A stretch of DNA of 63,971 bases, filler included, from Sphaeroforma arctica JP610 (taxonomy: Eukaryota), in the NCBI RefSeq assembly GCF_001186125.1. It is 5 parts of 2 records of this genome, joined end to end, with 100 filler letters (N's around TTAATTAATTAA, not from the genome) between each part and the next. Parts side by side here need not be neighbours in the genome. Positions count along the whole stretch, not along the records: positions 1 to 25,247 come from NW_014040542.1; 4 more parts are not named here. One strand, 5' to 3'. The position numbers and the translations under genes were made by a program. A model generated the notes under the pieces. That model did no database searches. It was not told the origin of the DNA and worked only from the letters and a program-made list of their open reading frames with translations. Within the stretch, counting starts at the first letter, position 1. Each line of letters starts with the position of its first letter. Below are positions 1-14,019 of the stretch, in pieces.

Positions 1-26
1 TTGTTGTTTGTTTAGTTTTATTATAT

Positions 27-102
<76 letters not shown>

Positions 103-255
103 AATATATATATATATATTCACTTCATATTTTATTTGTACACAGTATCATTCCCTCTTCATTTTTAAAGATAAGTTTGCTACATGCTTAATCACAGAGC
201 TACATGCAATATCTGCTAGCCAGCTAAAGCTTGGGCATCAATTGTAATCCAACAG

Positions 256-2016
256 GTATCACTCCCAAACCACAGATCGTGACAGCGGTTTGTGACCGTA
301 TCGATCTGCATCGTAAATTATCAAAAGATATGGACGTCATTCTGAGTGGACAAGTATCCTCTGTGGGACGTACATCTCTTGAAGTTTGTATCGAAATTAG
401 TACTGCAGATTCTGCCAAAGATTTGATACTGGAATGCTTCTTCGTCATGGCTGCCAGAGATAAGGCAGGAAAGGGTGTCGAATTGCCAAAAGTAAGTTGG
501 AATAAATTCATTTTCATCAGCATAGATTACCTCAGTATCCGGAGGGATATATGACAACCCCGGTCATGTAGACTTCTCAAACAACCCCTTCAACATGCAC
601 ATATGTAAAAACAACTAGTTGCCCGATAGCTGAACCACGAACCAGCCCTCACCATGTTGCTTGTCTCTCTTGGAATATTGCTGAGTCGAAGTACCCAAAG
701 CCCATAGCGAAGGTACAACATCGAAAACGCAGCTCGGCCTCTTTCACGTCTTCTTTCTCTCATTATGGTTTTGCCCTATGGTCTGTACTGTGCGTACCAC
801 AGTTAGAGCTGAATGCAGATATGCAACGCAAAAGCGCAGAGAGGAAGGCGAAACGCAAGCAGGAGGCACATGATGTTTCTGAAACGATGAAGAATGGCTT
901 GACCGCTGCCGAGTTTCAGTTGCTGCACGAGGTTCGTGGTGCAGGCTCTATTGTTTTGCGGAATGTTGATAAGTTTAGGCGGGGTGGGGGGGGGGGGCTC
1001 GTTGTTTTGTGTGCACTTGAGCAGCGGAGTATACACTTTGCTGTATTGTGCGAAATATGGGTAGTGCGCTTGGCGATGATTGCAAATATCATGTGAGAAG
1101 TACCTTGTCAGCTGTGCCGCGATTATTATGTATGTGCAGCTATTCAACCAGAAGGATTTCGGCAGCTACCCTTCTATGCACGCTCCGATTAAGGTCTAAC
1201 TTCCATATGGGAAGCTCACCCAAGTCGTCATGCTAACCCGATCATTAGACAAACACGTGTACATAGCAAGGGCTTGCGAGCAACATTTCTATTATGTGTG
1301 GTGTGTCGTTGATATGGAAGTTCATCACAGTATGCATCCTGTAGACGGTCTCATTGGACAGTTTCAGCTGTATCTACTGTTAAGAGTTCTTTACATTCGT
1401 GTATACTTGTTTATTGCTCTATCACTAGACACGCCTGACCTTTTCCTCTTGTACTGCGCTCGTTTTTTCTTTTCTTATAATAACTCTTTCGCCTCCACAG
1501 TACATCACGAGTGCGGGCAAGAAGTACAAGAGCAGCACTCCCATGAAGGATACTGAGCTGAGTGCCGTAAAAATAACCGAACCCCAGCAACGTAATACAA
1601 ATAATCGCATCTTTGGCGGGTACTTGATGCGAGAGGCTTTCGAAGTCGCACACGCTGTCGCTATCGAGTTTGCAGGTCCGAGTGCACGCCCTTTTTGCAT
1701 GTCTGTGGATGAGATTACGTTCATCAAACCGGTTGAAATCGGGTCATTGGTAAAATTTAAGGGCAAGGTTGTGTATACAGGGATCAGTAAGAAGGCGATG
1801 CAAGTAAAAGTGAAGACATATATACACAATCTCAATACGCTCGAACGATATACATCGAATGAGTTCCGCTTCACGTTTGCCAGTGAAGTGCCCTTACCGA
1901 CAGTCATCCCAAGCACTTTCGTTGAGGGCATGAACTTCCTAGATGGAAGGCGCAGCCACAGACGGTGTAAGCAATTGGCAAAGGAGCAAAAGTCAGCGCT
2001 GCAGGACAACTACTAG
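256..2016 (+). CDS. Acyl-CoA thioesterase, double hotdog fold (ACOT9-like); 3' exons only, 5' part lies upstream of the window
   Basis: Exons ~256-491 (start approximate), 803-931 and 1501-2016 with GT-AG boundaries in matching phase. Motifs: IVTAVCDRIDL..GQVSSVGRTSLEV..FFVMAARD (first hotdog) and PQQRNTNNRIFGGYLMREAFE..SVDEITFIKPVEIGSLV (second hotdog). Confidence 0.88.
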
Positions 2017-2239
2017 TCGTAAGATCCCGCGGCTAGAAGGTGGTGTATAAATCGGAGTTTGTAAAATTTTAGTTGTATATAAATGTTGCGATGCGGGTCC
2101 ATGTACACGCATATACTCGACAACAGTAGAAAATAAAATGCCGCGTCAATTCTTTTAAAAGAAGGATGTGAATGTCACCGTTTAAAATCACAGAGTCTGA
2201 CCATTTTATCCTCATGAAAAGCAAACAACATCAGTAGTT

Positions 2240-3290
2240 GATGACAATCACGACAAATATATCTTCGACAGAATACGGTTTGGAAACTACTTCAACGTTG
2301 TGCATTAAGTTGCCATTCAGTCCGTAGTGATTGAGGTGATTGTGTGCTTTTTTCTGTTTTATTAGCCCCCTATACGTATAAGCAGCATAAGTTTAAGCAT
2401 GTAGTGCCACTCTAGATGAACTTACTTGCAGCAATGAGAGGTATTACACCTGATTGAATCGTAATGTCACATTTGTTAGAGTACCGGCAGCATGCTGTTT
2501 AGTGCTTGAGACGTTTGCATTTATGAGATGATATATCACCACACTTGTAGTAGTTGCCCGTATGATCGTGTAGGCCCGACGGCCATGCTCACAGCAGGTG
2601 GACTCAATGCATCGAAGCACACCTGGTTTGCAGTTTATCAGCACATCACTCCTGATGAGCGTTCAATTGACCTTGCCCACAATGTACATCCGTATGCTTA
2701 CAGTTAAGATGGGATTCAAATACTTCATTTCACAGCACGTGTGCTGTTTAGGGTATCTGGTAGGCAATAGTCACTACCTTCGCAACACTTCTCGTTTGTT
2801 TCGAATCCATGTTCACAGCTCACAGATGAGTCTTCGCACTTCTTGGGCGTATCGTGTTGCTTTTTCTCGCAACAACTATGTTTATCACAGTCAGGCAGCC
2901 CTGACTGACAGTAGTCGCCCTATGCGCACCACTTTCCATGGCCCAATATCTCGTACCCGTGACCACAGTGAACGTTTGAATCGTTGCATTTTTAGGGGGC
3001 GTTCGTCGCATTTTTCTTCTTCATGGCATGTGTGTTCGCTATTTGGAAACCATGGATTCACTGTAGTCACCCTTGGACAATACATAGTTTCTTTACAAGC
3101 AATAGAATGGTCGTGGCTAACACGGTGTCCATGCTGCTAGCATGTACTTGAAAGTCGAGGACTGTGTGACCAACGATGGCAATTACTAGGAAATGGTTCA
3201 TAGCTGATAAATGCTTTTTTTCGTTAGTTAACAATGCTGCTGTTTGTATACTGATTAATCTTACCACTTGTGCGCTGTACTTAAACTAGA
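2240..3290 (-). pseudogene. Frameshifted copy A of a Cys-repeat secreted-protein gene, including 3' flank
   Basis: Inverted homologue of 12320-13360; ORF fragments TIQTFTVVTGTRYW, RCIESTCCEH and HAAGTLTN occur in both. Signal-peptide-like start MNHFLVIAIVG; several frameshifts and stops. Boundaries approximate. Confidence 0.65.
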
Positions 3291-6200
3291 CATGTAGCTG
3301 ATATCTTTAACACAGGTTAAAACTTTTAGCGAGCTCATCGTATCTCACTAAAGTTCGATGACTGCGATGTCTTTGAAGCTGACCGTCGACTGATGTCACT
3401 GAAATGTGCAGTGCTTGAAATTACAATCTTACTGGCCTACTTCGGGCCAGTACGATCTTGAGAAAATTGTACGGACGCCGTCTCAAGGACTACATACGGG
3501 AGATAGACTAGGGACACAGATGTCCTGTCTCCAGGATATTAAAACTAGACCAGTGCACTTTAGGTTTGGGTCCAAGAGTAGGCAGTATGATAGGATTTAG
3601 GAAGCAGCCTGGTAGGAATAGTTGATACCCATAAACGCCGATAGTTCAACTTGGTAACTGTTTTTTGAACGTAGGTTTCTAGTTACACTACGAGTCTCGG
3701 GACAGGCCCTTAATTCCTTAATAAATCTATCCACTACTCCAATTAAACGAGAGGAAGTAGCCTAGAGAACTAGTTAGCCTACTATCACAATCTTGTTCAT
3801 ACAGTGAGATTGGAGGGTATATGTTTTTTAATTTTTAGATTTATAGTGCTATTCTTGATAACATGGCACAGATGGATGAGCGTTTGATCTGGAGTTTCCA
3901 TGGATCGTGAACGGGCGCCTCACAAGGATACAGTGGTTACATTAGTTTCGTATTATCACGCCCAAGTGGATATGTTGTTGTCGTATTTGTCGCAAGACCT
4001 ACAGCTGGATGACCATGTTAATTTGCCGACGTCCGCCACGGTTATGGAAGTTGAGCGGTTTGTGATGTACAGTTACGGTCCGTCTCGATATTTGTTCCGA
4101 AAATTGTTTATTTTCGATTTGATTACGTTGTGAGAAATTATCTACGATGAAAATGTATATAATGTGAGGAAGAAATATGTGGTTCTAAAGGAAGCTTCTC
4201 AAATTGGTATTTGGTGGTGATCACAAGCACCGATGGAATATACGACAGCGTTTTGATAAAGAGAAGGTGAATCCGGTGGAGCAAAATTGTGGTCGATCGC
4301 GATTCTCAGTCACTAGGCGCCCGAGTGACCTGTCCAGTGAGGATATGGCGATTTGGATTGTAGTAAATTAGTAATGACTGAATCACCCAACCTATTCAAA
4401 ACCGGAAAGTTCGCGAATTCGGATCTTGTCTTAGATGAATTTTATTATCGGAGCCAATCAACTGGTACTAGGCCAGTCCTAATGCCCAGCGAGAAAGGTC
4501 TAGAAAATTCTGCCAAGGCATGGTGGTCCAGAGCAATCCACCCGGGAGCAGATCGTGCGGATTGAGATCGAAGTACTCGCGACACTTTCCAGTTTTGTAG
4601 GAAATAAGGTAAATGACTGAGCCAACCAACCTAACAGGATGCGTTGGGCGGTGTTGCAAGATGAGTTCAAATTGCAACTTGGGGGTTTTCTCGTGTATAG
4701 TCGCTCACAAGGTAAGTGGTTGCTGGCTAATCGTCAATCGGATCGGGTGCACAAACATTTTCGTTGGAGGTCTAGTGGTTGTGGGAACTTCACAGGTGTG
4801 AAGAACGTAAATATGTGTAGGATGAGCATTTATTGACGTACTATCCGATGGAAGCGATTGCGGCGTATTGGCCTGCACCTGTGTACCCCTCAGATCCACC
4901 ACTAATCTATACACAAAACCACGGGCGGGCGTACACCCGACCATGTAGCCCTCCGCCAACGCTGTGACGACATCAGGAAGAACTCAACAAAACGTTGGTC
5001 CAACAAAGAGATCGCGGCAATGGCCCGGCGCCAATACTACTACCAACTGGTTATGGGTAAACTGCCAACCTCAAACCGAGACACAGCCAGACACGACAGC
5101 TTCAATCGCTGCTTCGAGTCTACACCAATCCGGCTCTGTGCTATGATTGTAACGAATACGTACATGTTCACATTGCTCGACTACCGCACCGACGGCTGTC
5201 TCTGCCCTGTCTGCCCCGGTAGCCACAAGTTCACTACCAGTCACTTTACCTGCATCCAACAACTGATTCGACGCATCATGGTAGGCCCGAAACTGCCGCC
5301 CATTGGCCCTGACCTTCTTCAGCAATTACAGGAGTGCCACGACTTCCACGGTATCTGGACCCTCCACGAACACCTTGGATCTTTTCTCCAGCATGTTGAA
5401 GAACCACCGTACCCTCACCCGTCCCTGACACATCAACAACAGATGTTCCCCATACCCCGGCTAATCACGCTGTTGAAGTACCTTTTCCAGATATCGGTTC
5501 AACCCAAATCATCGCGCTTGTTGGTTCCGACTATGATANNNNNNNNNNNNNNNNNNNNNNNNNNNNNNNNNNNNNNNNNNNNNNNNNNNNNNNNNNNNNN
5601 NNNNNNNNNNNNNNNNTTCGTGACCACTTCTTCCCATCAATCTTTCCTGAACCACTACAGCGACTATGAGAGCCATTTCATATGTTCATACATTGTATCA
5701 TACATACTTGCCATTTTTGAAATAAATAATATTATCCCTAATCTATGGAGCACCGGTGGCACCAAACTGGTCCCTCCGGAGCAGGTAGTGTAGTCCACCT
5801 CAAGAATAACGTGGGCGCATGTGTGTGTGGACATCAAATTGTTGTCCGATCGCAAAAGCAAAGTTGAGCATATGATGTTGCTGAGCGTGATTAGTGACCC
5901 AGCGGTGCGTGAAGTACTTTATTGTGTAAGCAATTATGATCTTATGGTGCTGAAAAAGCGTTTGAAGAATTTGCATGATTATATGCGAACCTTTGCTACC
6001 AGTGCGTGTACGGGTTTGGACCTTGAGGTCTCTACTAGTGAACTAAATAAAGAAGGCATTGTTTTATGTGCGTTAATGGCAGCCAAGTATATGAATACGA
6101 AGCTGGCATATGCAGTATCTCATGTGATGCCTAACGGACCGTACAACCAACATGCAAACAGCGTGGTAGGGTGACCTAATAGTCTACACCCAGGCTCGAC

Positions 6201-7594
6201 CAGCCGCATTTGGGGAAATCCCCTATGCAAAACAACAATCTACGGTTGCCACAACCCGACATACTACTCCCACGAGAGGGACGAGATCATCATATAGTCT
6301 CTCATGAGAGTGCGCATACACCCCTAATTGATCCCACGATCGCCAGCAGCAGTACAATGTAGTACGTGTAACTTGCGGCATAAAAGCTTCAGCTGTCCTG
6401 AATTCCATATGTGCTGCCAGACGGGTAACTGGTGTCGGAATGCCCTGCTCTATTTACAATGACACTAGAGCGCACCCAGTGATGACATGTCGACATTTTG
6501 GAGAGCGTTACCGTTTTCCACTCAAGGATATTGAACCCATACATATTCCCGGTTATGGGGGGGCGGCGGAACGACGTCATAGCTTTGACACAGAGTACTG
6601 GAGTCACCTTGTGGTTGGAGGTGATAGATTCGAAAGGCATGGATACGTATTACGAAACCTACTCGATGATTTTTCTTATGGCACCGTGGATCCCGCATGT
6701 TCGCGAGATTATGTTGGGTCTGGAATATACGAAGATAATACTGTTTAGTTCTACATGGGATACTTCTACGGACCCGCCTTTGTCCTGTTTGCAGCTTTTT
6801 CCTATACAAGGTGTGCACCTTTTTGGCCTATAGATCTCCAGGAATTATATATCGTCTTGAGGATACTAAGCGGTATATATTTTGGCCGGATAGGACCGTT
6901 GCAAATGATGAGTACAATCTTCTTGGTTTGGAGTACATGGCGCGTATGTGTAATTTTACGATCCATCAGTTGAACGAGCTAGGAGGTATGCCCAATCAGG
7001 TTCGTTAGGATAGCAAGAATACAACTTTTGTACATGGTGGGGAAGTGAATATCATAGTGAAGGTAAGGTGCTATGCGTCATGAGTGAGTATATGAAACGC
7101 GGGACACAGTTAGAAATGTGTTAAAAAGAGTGAAAACAATGCCATGTATGAGGTGAATCAGTTGAAGCCTGGTAATCCTTAGAGTTTGTGAGTATCGTCG
7201 TGTATGTTAGCACGCTAAAATCCAAGACAGCTACCGATTGATAAGAGTTGGATGTTGGCTGTTGACTACAACCTACAAAATCTAGAATTTCATAACTTGC
7301 CAGTGGTATTGCCCAGACAGCCATTGGTTTGGCATCGGCTTACCATCAGCTGTGACTTTCAGAGTATTCTTGAGATACCTTACTTTCTACTTTTTTTACG
7401 GTCATGATCAACAGTCTACCTGTCTTCTTTAAGGTGTGCAAAGTGGTAGTTATGATATGCAGCATTTGCCGCAGATGACATTCCAGTGAGTTAAAGCCCT
7501 CATGGCGTATATGGATGATATGGATAATGCACAAGAACAGATAGTAGGATGTATTTGTATAGTTTTGATGAAGAACAACTGGTTTGAGTTACAT

Positions 7595-7701
7595 TGTAGT
7601 AAATTAGGTGAATGACTGAACCCATTTTAATTTGGCGGATGGCTGGACCGATCAACTTAGTACTAGGTTGATTGGTTCAGTCATTCACCTGATTTACTAC
7701 A
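7595..7701. mobile_element. 107-bp non-autonomous TIR element (TGT...ACA termini, 4-bp ACAT target-site duplication)
   Basis: TGTAGTAAATTAGGTGAATGACTGAACC at 7595 is the reverse complement (1 mismatch) of GGTTCAGTCATTCACCTGATTTACTACA ending at 7701. ACAT flanks both sides (7591-7594, 7702-7705). Confidence 0.8.
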
Positions 7702-7719
7702 ACATCTTATGTTGGATAT

Positions 7720-8640
7720 ATGTATAGAAAAGAATATCAAACTGCAGCCACATCACTCGCAGATTGCTGTGTTGTCGTCAATGATTTTAAATGTTTTTGG
7801 AAGGATGAGTTGGAGCATGCGTTTGTGATAGACCACGATCGCTTGCAAGCTATCTTAAACGCGCCGGCACCTACATATAAACCGGAGGTATCATCTTTAC
7901 TTGCGATGTTGTCGGGGTGGAGTGTTATGATACCTAGGTATCCGATGATTATGGAACATATAACTCGTCTTACACGCAAGCATGGGGAGTTCCGCTGGGG
8001 TACGGAACAAAGGTGGCACTTGACGCTCAGCCGGAGCAGCAGTTAGTTTTGCATTCTGATGCATCTAGGCTGGCGTGTGGAGCATCACTGTTTGTTCGTA
8101 TACCGGATGGTATCGTGCGTCATGTCGTTCGTGAATTGTCGGATAACGAAGTGGTTGCGTCCGGAGTCGTTTCTAAGGAATTGGACCAACTGGATGAGCC
8201 AGACCTAGTTATGGGTTTATAGAATATCTTATTGTGATACTCGGACACCCCTATTAAGTTGATAGATGCGGTGGCGGATGGTACATCATCATTAAAATAC
8301 CCGCCGGTGGATCATCGGGTGCAGGGGACGAGAGTGACGGAAGTAATCCAGATTTGACGCAGGGATGGTACCTAAGTGTATGGTATTGTCTTTCGGGAAG
8401 TGTTGGTTACTATACATGAGTTCAATTTTCTTTTCCCAGTACTATTAATGAATAACGTGTGTATGCTACCAAGAAGGCACCGTTTATATTACAGCGTGCA
8501 GTTTCGGCTGTCAGAATGTATACAGACCACGAATCACTGTTGAATGCGGTGGCAGATCCACTTAAATTTACACTATACAGAAGCGGCATTGTTTGAGCTC
8601 GATTCAAAATTTGCATGAAGTGGAATACGAATTCTGGTAA
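7720..8640 (+). mobile_element. Degenerate Ty3/Gypsy-type pol fragment (RT connection plus RNase H)
   Basis: Frameshifted peptides ITRLTRKHGEFRWGTEQ, LVLHSDASRLACGASLF and RMYTDHESL (~8515) match the Gypsy F.W..EQ, L.TDAS..G.GA.L and YTDH..L motifs. Surrounding 3.4-12 kb is probably also decayed retroelement. Confidence 0.7.
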
Positions 8641-10801
8641 TGCCCGGGGCCGATCACTTTTTTTAAGGACTATCCGTCACGCTGTGCGGTTAAATGGATC
8701 CATTAATGTTACCGGCCCAAAATTATGTCACGTGGTCCTATCCTTTGCAACAGGTCAGTATGCAAATTATAGCAGCTTTCTGTTACATACGTCTACTAGA
8801 TACTAAATCTAAATGGGTGTATTATTCGCAGGCTTTGTTCCGGGTGATCTTTGATGTTGAATTATTTGCTACCCTGCCGAATCATATTCTGGACATCTAT
8901 ACGAGTTATGAAGTTAGTAGTACCATGTATGGCTATGATTGGTTCGCAGTTGTTTTTGCAGGTCTGGTTTTTTATGCAACCCCGCCATGAATATTGTTAC
9001 TTCAGTTTATTCGTCACGTGGCGAACACTCAGGATACGTTGGTGGTGTTGTGTGTGTCGTTCTGGCCAGATAATCAATGAATGCGTGAACTAGTAACTTT
9101 GCTTCAGGCACACCCTTATGTTATCGCCCATGTGTTTGACTGATTCTTTTTGAATGGAAATACAGCGATTGGGCACCCTCCGTGGTCGCATACTTTGCTG
9201 AAACATATAAAAGAGGCATCCAAGATTTTTGGTATGTTTTACCTCAGTCGTTTTAAGCAGAGATGGGCCACACAACTGCACGTGTAAATATGTGCTGAAC
9301 GATTACCACACAATGTCTTGTTTTGTACCGGTAGCGGTCTTGTAAAAGCCGGGCCTCCACATTAGAATCTTGTAATATAAACGTCCTCTTAAAAGTATGT
9401 AAACTCAGTTTTCCTTAAATGGTTTTTAACGGTTTTATTAGTTAATACCTTTTCCATTTTACATATCAGATTTTTGGACAAGGCCATTAAAAGGCCCCAG
9501 TAAGATACCAAACATAAGATTTGGTCTAGTTCTATTGATAGAACTATATTTACTTTCCAAATCTATTTATATCTGAATACTTCGGTAGCGAGATGGCTCA
9601 ACCGAACATAGGTTCCTTTGGACTATTGGCGTTGCTTAGTTTATCCTCCGTTCAGCCAACCAGATGTGCCAGTCTGATGAAGGCTAAGTCGGTAATTCTT
9701 GATAAGTGGCAAGTTATTGGTTAATGCAATAACTATGGACATCAAGAGTATTTTTCTTTTTTCTATTCTTTTTCCTTCTTCTAAAGATATGATTTTATGA
9801 GTCTCTTGGATTCGCCCCAACGAAACATACCAGTTTCTAATAGAGCGACAACGAAACACTAAATAAAATCCCTCCAGCGAAAACAGTACTGAGAGGATTA
9901 TATATCGGCAATGTCTCAGCCTCACAATCCCTCAGAGTATTGCTGTTTTCACGAGGCATGTCTAACTTTACTAAAAGACTCATTTCGGTTACTTATTTTT
10001 AAACTTTAATGTACTTAGACCTACGTTAAGCGTTTATTTAATCTAAGGCGTTAATATCGCCTTAATAGACCGAAATTTACAGTCTCGCATAATGGGGTAT
10101 CGGAGTTTGATGGTAGTAAAGCGGAGCAAGTGTTGGAGGATGTAACGCACAAGGCTCAAACCGTTGAAAATGAGGAGTAGGACACGATGATGTTGGCACA
10201 GGAGGCTAATACTACTCAGGAGATCATAGACGGTGTTGAACCATCCCAAGATACTCAGGTCAGTTCCCGTATTGTCGGGAACAAGGCGATGATTGTTTTA
10301 ACGATCGTGTATAGTCTTTTGAAGAATCCATAAGCGATTGTAAAATGAATGATTCGGGTGATTGTGTGCGTCAAGAGATACCGCTTGGCACGGGTGATTT
10401 GGTCTACCGAGCAAGTCTTGAGCCTGAGGTTATGATTGATACATTGGACATAGTGCCATGAATGGGTGTTCGGCCTCCGCCTAGTTTCATTCCCATTAAA
10501 TATGCTACAAGTCATCATTTCTCCATGGATAGCCCCTTATCGACCAGTTGTCAGGGTAAACATATATCTGAGCATGTAGCGGGGACGTATTATCTCGAAT
10601 TGAAGATTTAAGGACGGGTTTGGCTAGTATCTCTTCATCGGTAGGTCAACCGGTGTCATCGCAAGCTGTGTTCAAGTGCTCTGGAAATACCATTGTGACC
10701 ATAGTCATTTGCTAGCAGTTCGTCTGCGAGCGCTGATTCATTCTAAAGTGGGTGGAACATCGCTTGAGCGCTCCTGGCTACGATTATTGTAGGTAAACCT
10801 T

Positions 10802-11300
10802 TTGGTCGTAAACGGAAGCTTCAACAACCGGAACGGAACACCACAATTAGTGAAGAAGAAAAAAATCAATATTGATGTCTTGGTCTTGTCCAAAGATGAG
10901 TATGGTTTTCAATATGCGTTAGCAACTCAGGATGAGTTTTTCCTATGTGCATTTTCTACGTGTTTGCTTCATGAAAAAATATCGATGGCTAAGGCTTTAC
11001 AGTCTTGTAAGGAGCAATTTCGTTCGCATGCCACGGTGGTTGAATACACAATTGACGGCCAGAGTATATTGATTAGCGACGAGTTTGTGGTTTATGCGGC
11101 GAGCACAGATAGCAAGATCCCCACGGCCTCGGTGGGTGAACATGCTGGCGATGGACGCATGTAAGTTTTCTTTAAGACACTTCAGCAAAGGTTTAAGCGA
11201 TTGCTAGGAGCGCTTATTCACGGCGAATTGTAATGCCGCCCACTGTACGGTGATTGGTATGGCACCGTATACGATAGATACTGGTCGTATTTACCCTCAT
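10802..11300 (+). mobile_element. Degenerate retroviral-type (Copia-like) integrase core fragment
   Basis: ORF INIDVLVLSKDEYGFQYALATQDEF..EYTIDGQSILISDEF..TASVGEHAGDGR resembles the rve integrase layout (D...D..EF...NG.AER); interrupted by stops. Confidence 0.5.
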
Positions 11301-12319
11301 CCAGGCAACATTGTGGTGAATGGACTATTGGTATTGGTTGGCCAGTTACTCACCCCTCAGGAACATGAAGCAGCGTAACATATTGCGGGTGCATGGCAAG
11401 CACATAAACGTTCTGCGGATGTCATGTTGAGTTTACAGTAGGGAACCAAGTTTTGCAAACCTCTATGGCGGTTACGGCACAAAAGTTAGAGTTGGAGAAG
11501 GATTGAGTGGGTCTCGCAGTCGTGACAGCTTCGCTCCCGCGGGTCTGAATAAGGAACATTGTGTGAATGTTAAAAATCGCAAAGCTTGTGTTAAACCTAC
11601 AAATCAGAAGGAAAAATTCCCTCGGGACAATGTTGCTACCTTTGTGTTTGGGTATCATATGTTTCATGATTCCCTTTATGCAGCATTTTCCGTCGAAGAA
11701 ACGCCATTTATTGGTCAAAGCTTTCTGGGTCTACAAGTCGGCCATTCGTCTTCGATACAGTCTCAATGTGACTTATAAGTAATGGGCCCGTTTCGGAGAG
11801 TGTACCATTTTGTGAATGACCCGGATTTCCGCCGGGAGAAGTTGGCTAAGTGGCAGTCGAAGCACACGGGTGGATTACGCCGCTGTCGATTAATTGGGAT
11901 GAGGATTCATTGGTGTCCGGATACTTATTGTAAAAGCAGTCGATTAGAGTCCGTAGTTAATCGTCCGACTTAAGATTCGCAAGACTTGGGCGGGCCGTAG
12001 AATGAATGGTACAGGACATCAATCCTATATATCTATGCATGAGAAGCCCAACCGTAAGTAATAAAGTTGTAGAAAATAAGTTGATTACTTGATTTGAAGC
12101 ACTACTTCACTCTTTCAATTGACGTCGACAAATGGCGACTTCAAAATATTGTGAAACTGTTCACCTATCAAGATATGCACATTGCACCCTGAACATGCGT
12201 AAATTGAATTGTGTGAGGTTAATACAATAGTTGATATCCTTGGCCCGATTTGCTTATGTCGCAGTTTCTGTTTTAATATTCAGCTTGAGGCCATCCATGA
12301 CGGAGCCATATACTTACAG

Positions 12320-13360
12320 GACTAGTGTATAGTACAGCGTACAATTGATAAGATTGATCAGTATACACTCAATAGCATTGATTAACAATAAGTCGTCGCT
12401 AGTCTCACAGTCCTCAACTTTCCAAGTACATACTAACAGCATGGACACCGTGTTAGCTACGACCATTCTATTGCTTGTAAAGAAGCTAATATATATATAA
12501 ATATATATAATATTTATTGTGAACGCCACTATGAGCTAATTCCACGAACAGAATGCTGCGCCAAGGGCGACTATAGGGAATCCATGGTTCCTAAATGTAA
12601 CGAACACACATACTGTGAAGAGAAGAAGTACGACGAACGAACGATCCAAACGTTCACTGTGGTCACGGGTACGAGATATTGGACCATGGAATGTGATGTG
12701 CAAAGGAAAACTATTGTCAGTCAAGGGCTGCCTGACTGTGATAAACACACTTGTTGCGAGAAAAGCAATACGATACGCCCACCAAGAAGTGGGAAGACTC
12801 ATTTGTGAACTGTGAACATGGATCCGAGATTATCAACGAGAAGTGTTGCGAAGGGAATGACTATTGCCAACCAGGAGTGCCTAAATGCGACAAGCAGACG
12901 TGCTGCGAAGAGAAGTATTTAAATACCATCTTAACTGAAAAAATATGGGTGTGCACCATGGGCAAGGTCAACTGAACGCTCATCTGAAGTAATGTGCTGA
13001 TAAACTGCAGACTAGGTGTTTAGATGCATTGAGTCCACTTGCTGTGAGCATGAACCGTCGGGCCCACACGATCCAACTACTGCAAGTATGGTGATGTATC
13101 ATCTCATAAACGCCAACACGATCTCAAGCACAACACTGCATGCTGCCGGTACTCTAACAAATATGGCCAATACGATTCAATCAAGTGTGGTACCATCACA
13201 TGCTTAAACTTATGGTGTTTATAGGTATAGGCGGTTAAACAGAAACAACTATCACCTCAATCACTACGGGCTGAATGGCAACTCAAGGCGTAAAGGCGGA
13301 TGTATTTCTCAAACCCTGTTTTGTCGACGATATATCTGCCGTCAAAGCGCCACAACTATT
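12320..13360 (+). pseudogene. Frameshifted copy B of the Cys-repeat secreted-protein gene
   Basis: Repeated modules PKCNEHTYCEEK, PDCDKHTCCEK, PKCDKQTCCEEK and RCIESTCCEH spread over different frames; homologous to 2240-3290 on the opposite strand. Confidence 0.65.
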
Positions 13361-14019
13361 TTCGATTATTTATGATATGCCTACAAACTATGCCCATACT
13401 CGCCAATTTATATAAGGTATATTGGACAGTAAATCTAAGAGCATGGCGTTAACTGTTGCTATAATATCGCAATAAAGTAGTTAAGAATAGTAAAAACAGC
13501 TTCGAACGGTTCGTGATTTCTTTCTTTTACACACTGTTTATAACGTGTTTTCGAAGCGGCCAAATCAGAACAGCCTTTCAATAGCCACATAAAATATATC
13601 TTCAGTGTAATTACACAGCAAGACATTTGTGATGCATTTAAATATGGTATTGTTGCCGAAAATACTCGCAAACGGTGTGCCTTTTCTTTTCTGCTGCTCT
13701 GAAAGCGTGTACTCGATGCGGCCGGATATAGCCCAAGAGTCGCTTGAAATAAATTTTTCATGCAATTGAAAAGCAGCACAGTTTGTGCTTGCATTGTTTG
13801 TATAGTATGCATGGCTTGAAATACATAGTTGCAGACAGAGTAGAAGGAGAGAATGAGTCAATATCTTCGAGCTCGTGGCTGCGTTAGATTGCGATATGCG
13901 AGCTCAAATCAATGAGATATATGATATTTCTGGATGCTATGTAAAATACTAGCGAAAAGTTGCCAATCAGCCCGTAGTGACATTTACAAGATGATAGTTT
14001 TCTTAATTCCTGTTTTATC

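Noticed and set aside
5020..7000. ORFs 5020-5793, 5821-6174 and 6440-6833 as host genes
   Set aside because: No recognisable motif or splice structure and one runs through a gap; probably decayed gag/protease-like TE sequence, but I cannot support a call.
2240..13360. The inverted ~1-kb pair as TIRs of one giant transposon (Polinton-like)
   Set aside because: The repeats are diverged, encode a decayed Cys-rich protein and have a third direct partial copy; no TSD, polymerase or capsid remnants are visible.
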